Positions 35,639-50,148 of a stretch of 64,000 nt of DNA are shown here, one piece after another. Positions within the stretch are counted from its first letter, which is position 1. Each line of letters opens with the position of its first letter. The notes below the pieces were generated by a model that saw nothing but the letters and a program-made list of their open reading frames with translations, was not told where the DNA came from and made no database searches. The stretch comes from Lepidodermella squamata (taxonomy: Eukaryota > Animalia > Gastrotricha): NCBI GenBank assembly GCA_047495785.1, contig JBLDXI010000056.1:496001-560000 (forward strand), given 5' to 3'. A program made the position numbers and the translations under genes.

Positions 35639-38600
35639 CTGATCGAAATTAACAGCCTATACAATTATGAAATAATTTGACTGTGCAATATTAATAAGAA
35701 AACAATGCAGCGAGAGAGTGCACCAGGTGTATATTACGTGCAATCAATAATTGAATAAGTAACTATAGGTAGATTATATGTATTGCACCATTTTACTTGT
35801 ATTTTGTCGAGTGGCGGCACGCAAGTTGGTCAAGATTCGATACGCCGTGAAAATAATACTATCGCGCAGCAGTAGGTATCCTTGGCGGAACTTTTTGCTC
35901 GGCGCCAGGCGTCACTAATCATAGGGTCAATAAATTTGGTAATAATTTGGCACGTTGTTATTTTGTAAAACAACAACAACATCATGTGCGATGAAATGAG
36001 ACAAAAAGTCGATGATTAACAAGATGCGGTATCGACTAGCTGCCAGTCGCCAGCAAAATAATACGACTGACTACATAGATTATTATTGGCAGTGGGCCGG
36101 CAACAAAAAGTCACTGCTTGTTGCTGCTGTTGCTGCGCGAGGCAAGTCCCAGATCAGCAGCAGTCGGCAGTCGGCGCGGCCTTAATCGCGGCAAAAAAGG
36201 GCCGGCGCCATGTCGGCGCATGGCGGTTACTTATTAGTAGTAGTCGGCAGTCGTAATAGTTTGACTAAAAGACGCTATACTTTATAATATATTACAAGAC
36301 GTGCGTCGCTTTCTTGTCGCAATCAGCGATATTTGTAGCAGCAGTGTATTCAGAGGCATGCATCGCAGTCGCCGATTGATTCTTGGCCATTTAACGTCGG
36401 TCGGTCGGTCGGTCGGCAAGTGGAAGTGGCGCCGTGCTGCAAATCGCTCGCCGCGCAGTCAACAAAGCATCGACGCCTGCTCACTCATCATTGCTACTAC
36501 TGCTGCTGCTGTGAATCGCAAGGGGCGCAAGTGGCCGCGCCGGAAATCGACCTCGCATTCGAAATGCGAGAGCGCTTCAGGTATCCAGACTGTCCAGTTA
36601 TAGTTATTATATGGTGTAGGTATTATAAGTAATTAGGGACGGCTGGAGTTTTTGAAAGAGAGTTTTTGCGCGGCTCGATTACATCGAAGCCCCATGTTTT
36701 TGCGCTCGACGGTGCGCTGCGCGGTGTCGAACAAAAGCGGCGGCGTTTTTTGCAAGGCATGTAACCGCCCACGCACGCTGGCTTTATTGTGCAAATCCAG
36801 GCACAAGTGAGGCATATCAGCGCGAGTAAATGAGCCTGGTCAGCGATGAGTGCCTGCCACCATTGTTCGCTTTGTTTTTGCTGGCGAGCGTCAACAGCCC
36901 GTTCAGCCGATGGCGCTGCGCCTACCTGTTGGTGGTGGTGGTGTTGGTGTTTTTGGTGACAGGCGAGAAGGAGGAGGAGCGGCTGCCGAGCGTGCGCGCC
37001 ATCGCAATAAATGAGCGCATCAATAATGAACAATGCGAAAACAATACGCAGTATACAGTATGCGCCATGCGCGCAGGTTAGCGACGAGAAGTGCGACGCC
37101 GCCATTCATTCATTCATTCGTTCACTCGTTTATAGGCAGGCAGGTAGGCAGGTAGCAGCGCGGCTGAAGAACACGGCGGCGCCATCATTTCAGTGCGAAA
37201 CGACGGCGACTAACGAGACTAGCAAGCTTTGAAACCAGGCCAAGGTGTTGTCTTTCAATTAGCGACACTGATACTGCCATTCATTCGTCGCAGTGTTCTT
37301 TTCTAATATAAGTAAACGAGTGCGAAATGCCAGTTAGCAGCGACACGTCTTCTACTTCTACACGTACATCGTCGTTTTCATGATATTAACGCCGAATTTC
37401 GACACTCAAAATAATAGGTAACCTCAAAACACATAATAACAGTCCCACATTAACTTCAACAAGTAACCATAGAAGAATAATTCAGGTTCCAATGTTGGAA
37501 ACCTGGCCAAAGATCTACGAAAACTGACCGATATTTCAAGTCCAAATCCTCAAGCGACTAGTAGAGTGACTGCATGAGATCGGGGAATACTATACAAAGT
37601 TCTTCCTTTTTATATGCACCAGAGATCAACCAATATCCTGGTAGTAAGTAGTACAAGGCCTTGGAGCTGGCAGCAGTTGAACATGATTGCAAGTTCGTTT
37701 GTAGGCAGTTATCTAACTCGGCATAGACAAGGAACGACTAGAGGATGGCTAGGGGATAGATCTATCAAGAATAATGATAAAAGACCAAAGAAATAGCAAT
37801 CTGAATCAATCAACCTTTTTCATGCGCGTCGAAACATGTGGGAAACATGTGGAGTCTCTGAAAGATCAAAACGATGGCTATATATCCATCAGTTCGATCG
37901 AACCCTCATTTTAAGGGCAATAGGTATTTGCGACTTAAACGGAAAGAGAGGAAAAAATCGAGACCAATCAAATTATCCGACGTCGGAATCTTGATACTTC
38001 GGAATAGAATGAATGCAAGTTCAATCATTGCAAATTCGGAGAAATACGGCATTTTCGAGGCTAACTAAATCACAACACACATAGAGAAACAACAGAAATT
38101 GTCTGGGAGTTGTTAGATGGAGTATCGATTGCGCTGTTAAATTGTCAAATAATGCGAGTCACGTATGCAGAAGGAGCGGGGCGTGAAAATGCCGACCTTC
38201 AATCGAGTTATATCGCGGGTCGTGTCGCCGTGCGAAAAAAACTGATCGGCATAGCGGTACGCGCGAATGAGCGGCGAAAAAACGCACAGTAGCAGACGCA
38301 GAAGCAGACGTAGACACGGGGGCCAACTGCGCCGGCTCAATCAATTTTTTGGCAGGCAGACGGGCGAAAAAATATAACGTCGCTGACCAGATAGATAGCC
38401 ATCGATATACCTTTGCGATTTCTTATTATAACACTATATAAGTATATGTGCAACGTCAATAAGGAAATACGATGAGATGAATCGAGGAGGCGAGGAGGCG
38501 AGATGAGTATTCATTCGGCTATTGTGGTGGGCCTGTGGCCTGAGCGCTGGTATCAAAGCGCATGTGATGCGATGCGATGCGCTTATACCGTCAATAACCG

Positions 38601-39638
38601 ATATTCGCGTGTTACTTATAATTGGCATCAGCGGCTGCCGGGCGTGTTTACGCCTCGGCCTTCGACGCCCGGCCAGCACATGCCAGGCTGGCCGCGAGAA
38701 GCACGCGGCTACAAAGCTACGAAGCAGCACTCGCTCGGAACAACATAAACTACCTACTATTACCATATACCGAGAGAGCAGAATCACGCAGAAGGGACGA
38801 GGCCACAGGCCACATCTTTCAATTTCAGCAGCAGCAGCAAAACCGGTTGTTGCACATCGCAGCAGAAGCTATACTTACTTATACTCACCTATACCATTTA
38901 ATATGATTAATAATAATAACAGTAGTAAACTAGACTGATGAACGAGCCCGCGAGTAGGATAGGTGCGGGTGGGGTTGCTGGTTCAGTTGATTGCTGGCCG
39001 CCTATACATATATACACCGCTATACTTGGACTGTAAAATAGCAGTAAAACGCCTGCCAACAACTGGCTACTTTCTTGCGATGTTATACATGGTAGTTGAT
39101 TCGCATGTGGCAATTAACGTCGGCAGCGGCTCATCTTCAGCAGCCCCACCCCTTCCCTCCCCCCTGCTGCTGATTAACAAGCCTGCTATATAAGTATAGG
39201 TATCCGAAATGGGTTCGCTCGAAGCAACTTTGCTGGTAGTATATAGCGGGACACGCGCATGCATTAGTCGGCAGCAGCGCAGAAAGTGCCCATTCGGGTC
39301 AACATTTTCCTAACACTAGAATCTTCACTTCGGGCGCGACTCCAGTCACAGCTTTGCCACTGTGCGCGCAGCTTTGAGTTTCAGATTTCAGCACAAAAGT
39401 GTCTTCGCACACGCTGACGCGCGAATAAAAAACGGATCTTATAATAAAACTTTAACTTTAGCTTTCATCTAAAAAAACACTTACATGGTATCGTCTGTGG
39501 CATGAAAAGACGAGCACGCGAGCACGCGCCAGTAAATCAACATTTCATACACTTTTTTGAAAATTATTTGGTAAAACTCTCGAATCCGAATTTTCACATC
39601 AATGAAAGGAATAATTGAAGTAAAATAGAAGTATTCAC

Positions 39639-39758
39639 CTGAGGCTGGCCTGATGGTTGCCATTGCGGTTGCGGAGATGCTGAGGTGCGTTGCCGGCTAT
39701 TCGGGCGACTGCGGTTATTGCCGGCAATCGGCGGAGGTGACACAGCCCAGTGCGACAT
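39639..39758 (-). CDS. Candidate first coding exon of the neurabin gene
   Basis: MSHWAVSPPPIAGNNRSRP...GQPQ is followed by a phase-0 donor GTGAAT that is compatible with the phase-0 acceptor at 35638. There is no homology support. Confidence 0.4.
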
Positions 39759-42645
39759 TTCATCAGCTTCGTTATTCGGCAAAGCAATAATGTCCCGCAA
39801 AATAATAACGTAAGACGAATCGAAGAAACATTCAACCTATAGAATTCTGCGAAAATGTACATAGATTTACATGAATACTGAGAAATAATCAGTGAAATTT
39901 AGCTAACATTGGACTATTCTCTGGTGTAAATTCATGCTACGAGTTTATTGAAATCTTCAGATGGCCTATCTGTGATCGATAACCTGAGATATGAATCTCA
40001 ATGAAAATGAAAGGAGAGAGACGTGAAAATCTTTATGAGAATAATTTGTGGAATATAATTTGCGAATTCGCTTTCCTCGCGGTACCGTATTTCTCGAATT
40101 TAACCCAGAAAATGTCCCCTATCGCCCCTCTAAACATATCACGATCGTAAAATCACCCTGAACTTCGATCGAATGCGTATGCAGGATATTATCTACAAAG
40201 CCTTTGATTCGAGACAATGATTGTTTGCTCATCAGATTATTAAGAGCGAAGCTGGAGAAGGAGGCTCTTCCAACATTGGCCAAACATGACTCAATCGGAA
40301 TATCGCTTTCTATGACTCTGCATATGAAAGACAGTGAGTGGCGAAAAAACGGAGAATTTTCGTCGTTCGAGATTCGGGCTCGGAAGTTATGCCTCATACA
40401 AATTTAGTTGGACTGAAATAAGTTGTTAAAGGATCGTAAATATACGAATGTTGGGTAATATCTTCGCCGTATGACATCCCTCAAGAGGTCTACGTTCAAC
40501 CTAAATCCTCACAATACCTTGGTGGGCGCTTTCGGGAAATACGGTAAAATCTTAGTTAAAAAAGGCGATGAGCATATGCGCGAGCGGACACCCGTGAAAG
40601 CGAGCGAGTTCTCAATGTTTCACGCGCGCCAACATCAGGCGTACGACATTTTGCGAGTCGAAAGTGGCGGCGATGATGTTGACGTTGACAATTTTGGAGC
40701 CGCCCGCTGCTTACAATAAGACATAATGAGTCGCTTGTTTTCGAAAGCATCATCATACAAATACCTAATAAGTATATCTCGTGTGTTCGTGGGAAGAGTG
40801 TACCTATCTAAGCCCAGCTATGTTTGGACTCATCATCATCATCTTAGCAGTCGACGAGCGAACAAAAGCAACGCTAACTATAACAGCATTCTTATGCCCA
40901 TCTCCTATCTATAGATTTTGGTACGTTGGTTGGCATGCGCGCCAGTAGCAGCTAAATAGATCAATAGTATTAGGTAAAAAATCAGAAAACGCTAATCATG
41001 ATGAGAATCGATAGATACGTGTTCGATTGCCCCTCTCAAACAAGATCGTGTTTTTTGCTGGAGCGTGACTGCATCAGCGTGGCCGAAGAAATACACAGTT
41101 TTCATTTCGCAGACTAATATGTACCATGCGTTTGTTGTTGTTCATGTGTAGGCAGTTTTTTCCCTACTTACACCATATAGTGCTCCGGTATCATCATTTA
41201 ATTCTTTCATTCATGCTGCTGCTGTTGCCGCGTGATCGGCATCGGTATTTTGTTCGATTTCCTGATATTACGCGTCGATACATCGGTCTATAACGGCAAC
41301 AACAAAAAACCATTTGGAAGAAAAACATCTTGCTGTATAGTTCATTTTGCCATAATAACAACAACAACAACCACTACTACACCTCTTTGCAATGCAATTT
41401 ACAGGTTATCGCTATCTCCGCTTTCGCACGGAAAAAACCCGCGATTGTTTACACCTGCGTTGGATATTTGAAAATACAAATAAAACAGTGTGTATGCAGG
41501 CAACGTGAAAATCTGTATTCAGATCACCGTTTATTCGTAAAATCGCGCGATTCATCGATGCATTGAATACATCATCATCTTAAACATCATTATTTTTAGA
41601 ACAAATATTCGATGTAATAATAATAATAATAATAGTAATAATTATCATCAGCTATAATATACTCGGCGTACAATGTATAAATAAGTTGTTCAGCTGCGGT
41701 GTATTATTTTTTGAAATATCTTCTTCATCATTTTCGAGTGACGTAGTATAAGCGCAAGGTTGCAACAATAGTAATAATGATAATAATGATAATAATAATA
41801 TCATCGAAAAAGCCACAGTATCAGGTATAAACTGGCTATGCAACATTTTTTGTAGAGAGACGAGTCATAAGTAATAAATAAAGCCGCAAAATAACTCATT
41901 ATCAATAGTTGTACAGTATATGGTAGTGTAGTGTTGAAGAAGACAAGTATTAAATGTATGTATATAAAACATGGCGTAGGTAAAAGCGAAAAAATTTAAA
42001 CAGTTTTCATGATGCTTTTATATTACATAGTCAGTAGTCGGCAGGTATAATGCTGCTGTTTGTTAGAAAATGCTGCTGCTGCTGCTGTATACACCTATTA
42101 TAATGCAGGTATGCAAAGTTATTTACACACGATAATGACGATGCAGAGACAGAGAAAGAATGAGAGAGAGGGAACGAATGAATCCACGTTGAAGTTAGTA
42201 ACTTGTATAAAAGACGCGGCTGCTGCTGATGTGAATTTGTAAATGGATGAATGCGCATCAGCAACAGCAGGTAAAATGCCTGCCTGCCTGCCTGCCTGGC
42301 TAAGGCTGCGGCTTTCGGGGAAAAATGATGATGAATGTGTTGCCTGGAGCGCTGTATTTTATTTACACCGATGACGCGATAATAAAACGATGACGGGCCA
42401 TCGGACAGTGAAGAAATATCAGGATGATGATGATGAAGATGATGGTCACAAGAAGACACAGATGAAGATGATATAAGTATATCGAAGGACGAGCAGATCA
42501 GCAGTTTTGTGTACGAAATTTTCCGCTGCTGTACTTTACAAGAACGGTAACAAGAACAAACGGCAAAACGGCAGGCAGTCATTTGAATAAGGAAAGGACG
42601 TAGAAAAGGCTGTCTGTATCTATCGATGGGTCATCGATGGGTCGA

Positions 42646-45312
42646 TCAGGCGGGCACGTAGGCGGCACAGGCCTGCGAACACTCGGCCTCGCTGGCGAAG
42701 AAGCGCGGCGGCTCGTCGAACGACGACGCCGGCTTGCAGTCGTACGTCGTCGAGCACTGCCCGGCGTTCGGGTCGAGGTAGATGCGCTGCTTCAGGCCCG
42801 ACGACGACGACGACGTCTCATCCTCGGCATCGCCACACACGCTCAGACCGCCAGCACGATTTGCTGGCGAAGACGAGTTGGCATGGCTGGGCAGCAGCAT
42901 GGCCGAGCAGAGCATGGCCGGGTCGGCCGGGGCGTCCATGAACAACATCGGGTAGTTGGCGTCGTCCGCCGCCGTGCGCGCCGAATCTGGCGCCACGACG
43001 CGCACGCGCAACGCCGGCATGCGGAATGGCCGGTTCAGGTTAGACACCTCGTGCAGATCGAACAACGGTCTGGAAAAACAAGAACAAAATGAAACCGATT
43101 ATAACCGAAATATTCGGAATTGCTGATTGAAAAAAAACAATGGAGAAAACGCAAATTTTGCATAATATAATAATAATTGCAGCGTGACAGGCGTTCTTAC
43201 TTGGAATTGAACGATATGAACACGGATTGAATCACTCTAATCAATCCAAAATCCAAAATCACATCAGCCATTATCAACTTCTGAACTGTTATTTCGTAAT
43301 TACTCAAATAAATTATCTACTAGATGCTACAAGGTAATTGAAATCAAAACAGGATTCGAATTTCCCGACTAGTTTAGGTAAAATACATTAGACTTGAAGT
43401 CGATGTAAAACAAACCGTTTAAGGGGCGACTCGCCAGCACGATCCGGGTGCAGGATGAAGTCGGTGAGGACGTTCCAGTCCCACAGCTCGGCGTAGCCGG
43501 CGTACGAGCGGTTCGTGGTGAGCGCGTGCGGGATCAGCGGCGCCGTGTCGTGGTTCACGAAGATCGAATGGTACATGAAGCCGACGAGGTCGCCCTTGTT
43601 GACGGCGATCGGGTCCGCGACGTTGACGCTCGTCCACGTGAACGGCCGGATGGCGTAGTTCGCCGTCGAGATGTTGCGGTACGCCAGCAGCCAGTACGTC
43701 TGGTTCGAGCGCAGCCAGTCGCCCGTCGACACGTACCGCCGCAGCACCAGCAGCACGAAGTCGATAGAGGCCTGCGTCGACACGAACTCGACCGAGTCGA
43801 TGACGCCGTCGCACGCGATCGCCGGCTCCACCAGGAACTGGAACGCCGTCGACCGCATCGTGTACGCCGACGGCGGCAGCCGCTCCGCCGGCCCGAAGCA
43901 CAGCGGTTCGACCTTGGCCGGCGGTTTCGCCGTCACCGGCGCCCGGGTCGTCAACCGGCGCGTCGTCGTCGGCGCCCGCGTCGTAGTAGCCGCGCGCGTC
44001 GACGCAGCCGCCGTTGTTGTCGGGCGCATCAACGGCCCAGTGGCGCCTGTTGCTCCCGTCGCGCCGGTTGCGCCTGTGCGGCCCATCAGCGGCTTCGTGG
44101 TCACCGGCGCCGTTGTGCCCGGTCTCTTTGTCGTTGTTCGCGCCACGGTCGTCGGGCGGGCGCGAGTCGTAGTCGCCGCCAGCGTTGTAGCCCCTGTTAT
44201 CGAATGACAGTTATGACAAGTAAGTATAATATGCGTAAAGAAGTAGAAACTTACGAGCTGTTGTTGTTCGGGCGGCGGTTGTGGTGGCAGCGGCTGTTGT
44301 CGTTGTTGCCGGGCGGGTGGTTGTCGCGGCACGAGTAGCTGTTTTTTTGAGAAAAACACGATCACAATCGTTAACATTACTCTATCTCGTCAAACGAAAT
44401 TTGGTAGACCCGAAACTGCAGGGTCATGGTTGCGAAAATGTTCTTGAAACCTTAACACTCTTATTAAGAGAGTAGTGTGAGAGATGAACTCATGATCCTA
44501 CATTTTCACTGAAAGATGATTTCAGCCCTCATCTCTCTATATCTACTGCTATCTACTATCTGCTATCGATAAGCAAGAGAAAGTAGAACTTTGAAAACAG
44601 CCGAGAACTCACTTGTTGGCGGGAGAGTGGTTGGCGGTGGCGGCGGGCGGAGGGCTCGCACAAAGTCGGGCGTGTCCTCGCCGAAGAAGAGCGCGCGGAA
44701 GCCGCGGTACGACCACGTCGTGTCGGTGACGAAGCGCACGAGCAGCAGCGGCGACGAGGCGACGTACGACCAGCCGTCGTCGGCGACGAAGCCCACCCGC
44801 GCCAACGTGTCGTTGTACCACGAACGTTTCGCGTCGCCGCCGTAGCGCCGCACTTCGTCCGGCGAGTCGATGGTGCCGCAGATGCGGGCGAGCAGCGGTG
44901 CGGACAGGTCGGCGCCGTCGTAGATCTCGACGCGCTCCGACGCGCACAGCGTCTCGATGCGGAAGTCGACGAATTTGAGCACGGCGACGCGTTCCGGCCG
45001 CGCCGCGTCGCGCACGTCGATCAACCACCGGCAGTCCTGCTTCGGCGGGTAGTCGTCCGGGTAGCCGGGCGTGAAGATCTCGCCCGCCTGCGCCGCCACG
45101 CGGAACACCAGGCCCGGCACGCACATGCCGTAAGGCGTGTTCATGAAGTAGTGCTCGCGGGTGACCGGCGCCGACTGCTGCGCCTGCGCCACGCCGAAGA
45201 AGCCGCCGCCGTCTCCGCCGACCGACGCCAGCCATGCGACGGCCATCAGCATGAGAAGGCGGAGGGATGGTGATGGCGATCGCCATGGTCGGCGGCGACT
45301 CGACACGAACAT
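42646..45312 (-). CDS. Secreted multidomain protein: signal peptide, CUB, Thr-rich stalk, unassigned beta-rich domain and degenerate Kunitz-like domain. Exons 45312 (or 45603)-44613, 44338-44255, 44193-43416 and 43069-42646.
   Basis: CUB motifs GEIFTPGYPDDYPPKQDCRWLI, LKFVDFRIE, VEIYDG, ARICG and LLVRFVTDTTWSYRGF. A six-Cys C-terminal module reads RIYLDPNAGQC...FASEAECSQAC. Intron phases 1, 1 and 2 are consistent. Confidence 0.85.
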
Positions 45313-48300
45313 CGACGAGGGAGGAGCAGCCACGGTACTACTCCTCGTTGCACGGTGGCTGGACGAGTTCTGTTGTTGCTGCTGCTGGCTGTTATTACAA
45401 GTGCCGCAGGTGACTGTTAAATCGCAGGGGATCCGGCTGTTAATTAGGTGATCCGGTGACTGGTGACTGGTCAGGTATACAGTAGTGGGGCTACTACCAT
45501 TAACAGACGAAGCACTAGCGGCTTCGTCGCCAGCAGGCGTGGCGACTCGGTGGGGCGTGGCGCGCCAGTCGCGGCGGCACGTGCCTTCTCGCAATCGAGT
45601 CATACGATGCGTTGCGCAGAAATTCACAACGAGTAATTAAAGCTATTTCACAGGGCCACCAGCATTTGCCCCGGTCGTTTAATTAGCTTGTTCCTTTTCT
45701 CAGCTCGCTAAAAAACACCTAGTAGCGAAACAATACAAGAAAAAATGATACAATCGGTTTAGCAAAGAAAAAACCGAGCGCTTCGAGTTATCTCGGCGTC
45801 GATCAGCGATCTGACGCTAATTAGCCACCGTCGCGTCGCTCGAATGGCTATTTTCGTTCCCGAAGACCGGCAACACGGCGAAGCGCGTCGCTTTTTTCCG
45901 TGGACGAGCGAGCGAGCGCGCGCGCAGTGTCTTACGAGAGTGAGCGCTTGGTCATTATCGCGCTGAGCGCTGAGGCGTCGATGCGCGCTCGCGCTGCGAC
46001 TCGCTCGCACACACGGCATGATGTTGCGGCGCATTGTTGCGCAGCGCGTCTTCGCCGCAGCGTGGCCGTGTGCGCGCGCACGGATTTTTTTAGGTTGCGT
46101 ACAGCTCGCGGCAGGCAGGCAGGCAGGCGACGCTGGATGCACCTAAGTGCTCGCGTCCGTCGCAGCATCTCGCTCGCCGTCGACGTCGGCGTAGACACGC
46201 GCCGCTAAATTATGCGCCTAAAAAAGGCGACACCTTGTCGACGCGGCCAGCGAAGCGCGCATCGCTAATTTTTCGCACAGGCTTGGCAGAAGAAGATGGA
46301 TTAAAGGCGACTGACACCATAAAAACTGTGTCAAGTAATGGGATGACGCGATGTAAGTCATCTCTACACGAGGCAAGTAAGAAAACACAACACCGACTAA
46401 TAATAGGCCGATCGATAAAAAGTTGCTAATCTGATGATGCTGATGAATGGCGATGAAAGTCATGAGCGGGAGAGTGAGCGGGCGAGCAACAGCGAAAAAG
46501 GGCCGGCGAGCGAAACAATGCTTGGGATTAACACGCGTTGATGGTTGAGAAAATAAGTGAAAAAACGAGCTGCCGGCCGGCAGGCATGTCGGTGGCGGTG
46601 GCGGCGTAGTTGTGAAGCCGGTAATAACGTGGCGCTCGTGCGCCTCAGTTAGGAGGTTGACATGGCTCAGGCGCCTCCTTCGTACCGGCGGCTGTAAGCT
46701 ATAAGCTATCTCTCGACCTGACAGTTAGGAGATACAAGCTCGAGCCATGCGGTGGCGAGTACTCGAGATGAGCTGATTGGAACTACTGAACATGCATGCA
46801 CACGCCGTGGTTGGCTGCTGTGGTCCGGTGCCCTAGCGTACCGGCAGCTGCTACCTGATTAACAACGAGGTATACAAATAGCAGGGTATAGATAGTAGCC
46901 GAAGTCGTCTCGGTTCGTGCATCACCACCATCATGGCCACTGCAGGAGGGGGATGAAAAATCTCGGCCGTGCGCGCGCGCACATGGCGCCGACCTAGATA
47001 ATAATGGCGATAGCGCGGCGACAAAACAAGAAGCAGCAAGCGCGTGAAAGAAATCGAGCCGTGTTTGCGCCGCGCGGTCGCGCTTTCACGTCGGACAGGC
47101 GCGCTTTGACGACGACCGGGCGCCTTTCAGCGATCAACTTTTCTGCGCCGCTGTCGCAATTCCGCCGGCCACTTGTTGATGCCCACTTGTTATTTTGCGC
47201 CTGTCCACCGCAGAATGGCGCGGCATTGAATGCTGTAAACACACAGCTCGTGAATAGCCGCAGCCACACTGCCTCCTGATTTTTTATTGCGCAGTGAAAA
47301 CAGCGGGCGGGCAGGCGCTCCCAGGGATGCGCGTCAGCTGAGTCAGTTTTCAGGCTAAAAATAATTGAGGTCACACAAAGAGAGATACACACGCAGGCGC
47401 GGTTTGAGTGCGCGATTGACGGACAGTGAGCGGGCACACTCGGATGAGCGAGGTCACGGGTGATGTGCTCACGTCAAAAATGACACGATAACGTTGTTAA
47501 TAGTAATAATAATGATGATGACGACGACGACCGACGACGATGACGGTGGAGGCTGCTCGTAAAAAAGCGCGTGACGGTGCGCAAGCTGCATCCTGCCTGC
47601 AGGCTGAACGCGCGCTCTTTTGCTGTTGCGCTCGGATGAGGCGGCGGCAGCAGCGGCAAAAATGGCGGCGCAAAACACCGGTAGTAACAGCAAACTTTGG
47701 TAACGACGATGATGATATCAAGTTTTGCGTAATAGCTGGCTTAATTGACACCTGGCGACTGATGTTGTTATGGCTATTACATGCATGCATGCCCGCATGC
47801 AGGCCTGCATTATGAGCAAAAATGAGAGTCGAAAACAATGCTAGAGAGCGTACATAGCAGCAAGAAACAGCGGCGCCGTTGCAGAAACTGCAATTTTGAA
47901 AATTACACAAATAACAAACAGCGAATAAATAAATAAATAAATAAAGTTATATGGCGGTCAAAAACGCTCGTCGCACAGCGCCATGATCTACTTACCACTC
48001 TCTCTCTCTCTGCTTGTGTTGTGTTGTTTCATTGCGGCTACGCTGTATACCTGAGAAAATGAGCCCGGCTGGGACACAGCTTGGTCGGTTCACTTCTGGC
48101 AGCTTGTCTCAACGGCGTTGCCGGCACGCTCGATGCCTCAGCGGAGGCAGGCAAAAAAGCCGAAGAGCTAATAGCTGTTGAGCGTTGTGTCTTACAAGTA
48201 TGTATGTATGGGTAATGGGCCTTGGTGGTACACGTGGACACCGTTGACAGCAGGTAGGTATAGGTATCCTACGTCTCATACCCTATTGAGCCCACAGTTG

Positions 48301-49350
48301 AGTTCGTGTGCATGAGTCGTCGATTTTTTGCCCGCATGCGCAAGCAAGCAACTGCGGTGCGCAGAGTGCGCGAAGAGTTGCGTCTCGAGCAGAGCGGCGG
48401 CGGCGAGGAGGGTCGATGATTTGGCGACGACGATCTCGCTTGCACTTTATGAAATATTGAAGCGGCTGTTCTCGAGACGCTGCGCGGGCAGAATAAGCAG
48501 GGTGGTGCGAGGAGGCGTCGTCGTTTTCTTTCGCACGCGCCGCGCCGGCTTCGCTTAATAGTTAATGCGCTGTTGTAATGTGTTGTCGCCGATCGCAGTT
48601 GCAGTTGTAGTAGTAAGTAGGAGGCGGGGCGATCAACAACAATATACACCTATATCGGCCCGCGCCGCCAGTTACCTGTCAGTAGGTATATGTTCAGTAT
48701 TGCGGTGACAGCAGTTCGATTTAACGAGAGAGTCGAGAGCCAGGCGCCGCCGATATTGCTTCCTGGGCCGCCACGGCGCCTCCTCGCCGCGCGTCAACAA
48801 CACGCGACGCGACAAGCCACCGCACAGCACAGAGCCGCCACGTTTTGCTGCTTGTTGCCTGTGTTGGCTGGTTGTTGTTGGCGACTAATTCGCTCAATTT
48901 AGCCCTGCTCGATTTCCGCCGCTGCCGCTGCTTATCATGTGCCGCAGCCACGGCCTTTCGCTGCCTTGACTCACCTGATGATGGATGCGGCATCATTCCG
49001 TCTCACAAGAAGCCAATACACGGCGATGACAACAGCAGCAACAACAACAACAACAACAACTCGCGGGGTTTCAATTCGTTCCTTTTTTATTGAAATTCGT
49101 TGCTCTCATCCTTCATCGCGAGAGAGATACGCAAGCGTATTAAAGATACATGCATACACAAGTACTTAGTCGTCGTAGTTCAAGTAGTGGTAATCTCAAT
49201 TCAGTCGATCATACTTGACATTGTTTACTCTTCTTCTTCTTCTTATTGTTATTATGCTCATCACTGGCTGAGACAAAAATGTTAAATACATTAAATAACA
49301 ATAATAGTAATAACGTTATAGCCACTTGTTTAAAAATAGGTTGTGACACG

Positions 49351-49388
49351 TGATTGATTGATTGATTGATTGATCGATCGATCGATCG
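49351..49388. repeat. Compound (TGAT)n/(CGAT)n microsatellite
   Basis: tgattgattg... switches to self-complementary gatcgatcg..., read directly. Confidence 0.85.
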
Positions 49389-50148
49389 GATATCATCATC
49401 GTCATCATCATCATCGAGAACAGATACATAATAGTTATAATATAGTAATAATATAGGTATAAACAAAAAAGATCAATAGCCATTATGATGTATAGGTAGC
49501 TCAGATTCAGCGCAGACAATAACGCCTCGCTGTTATAATAGATAGGTATAGGATCACAATCGCAAGCATGCCACCCAACTGCTCATTTGCGTCGATTTTC
49601 AACATCATTAGTTCATGCGGCGGAAAAAAACAAACGTACAAAACTGCGGTTGGCGCGCGTGTTTAGTGTCAAAGACAAAACATATCGCAATGTTACAAAA
49701 TTACATCTGCCTGTATGTATGTGTTTACAAGTACGTGTAGGTAGAGGCATCTCCAAGTATTTGTTTAGTTTTGGCAAAATCTGATTCCCATCATTGACCA
49801 TGCATGGGTTATTGAATATAGCTTTTAAAAAAAGAACCAGTTTACTACATAACAGCCAACCGTCCGTTGCTTACACAGCGTCTGTATCGCGGCCGAAATG
49901 TTGGCGAAAATTGTTCGTCGATACACCTGTTGATGTTGATCGATTGGCTCGAGAGATAAATATAGCAAAATTTAGCGTGACAAGTTGTTGAAGTTGAACT
50001 GATTCGAAGCGCGTGAACAAGCGAACGAACACGGCGGTATTCATGGCTATATATTCATTTGTTTTTAATTTCTTGCAGAAAATGGATAGATATTATGCAA
50101 TGCGTAAAAAGAGCGGCCTTGTGACGACTATATTATACATATGCTAGG

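Noticed and set aside
43448-44338. 296-aa plus-strand ORF, and similar ones such as 26401-27084
   Set aside because: They are antisense shadows of GC-rich minus-strand exons, Arg-rich and without motifs.
45700-50100. Many short ORFs in the CUB-tetraspanin interval, likewise at 29.5-42 kb and 56.5-60.7 kb
   Set aside because: They are low-complexity, microsatellite-driven frames lacking coherent splice structure or motifs; I treated them as regulatory or UTR DNA.
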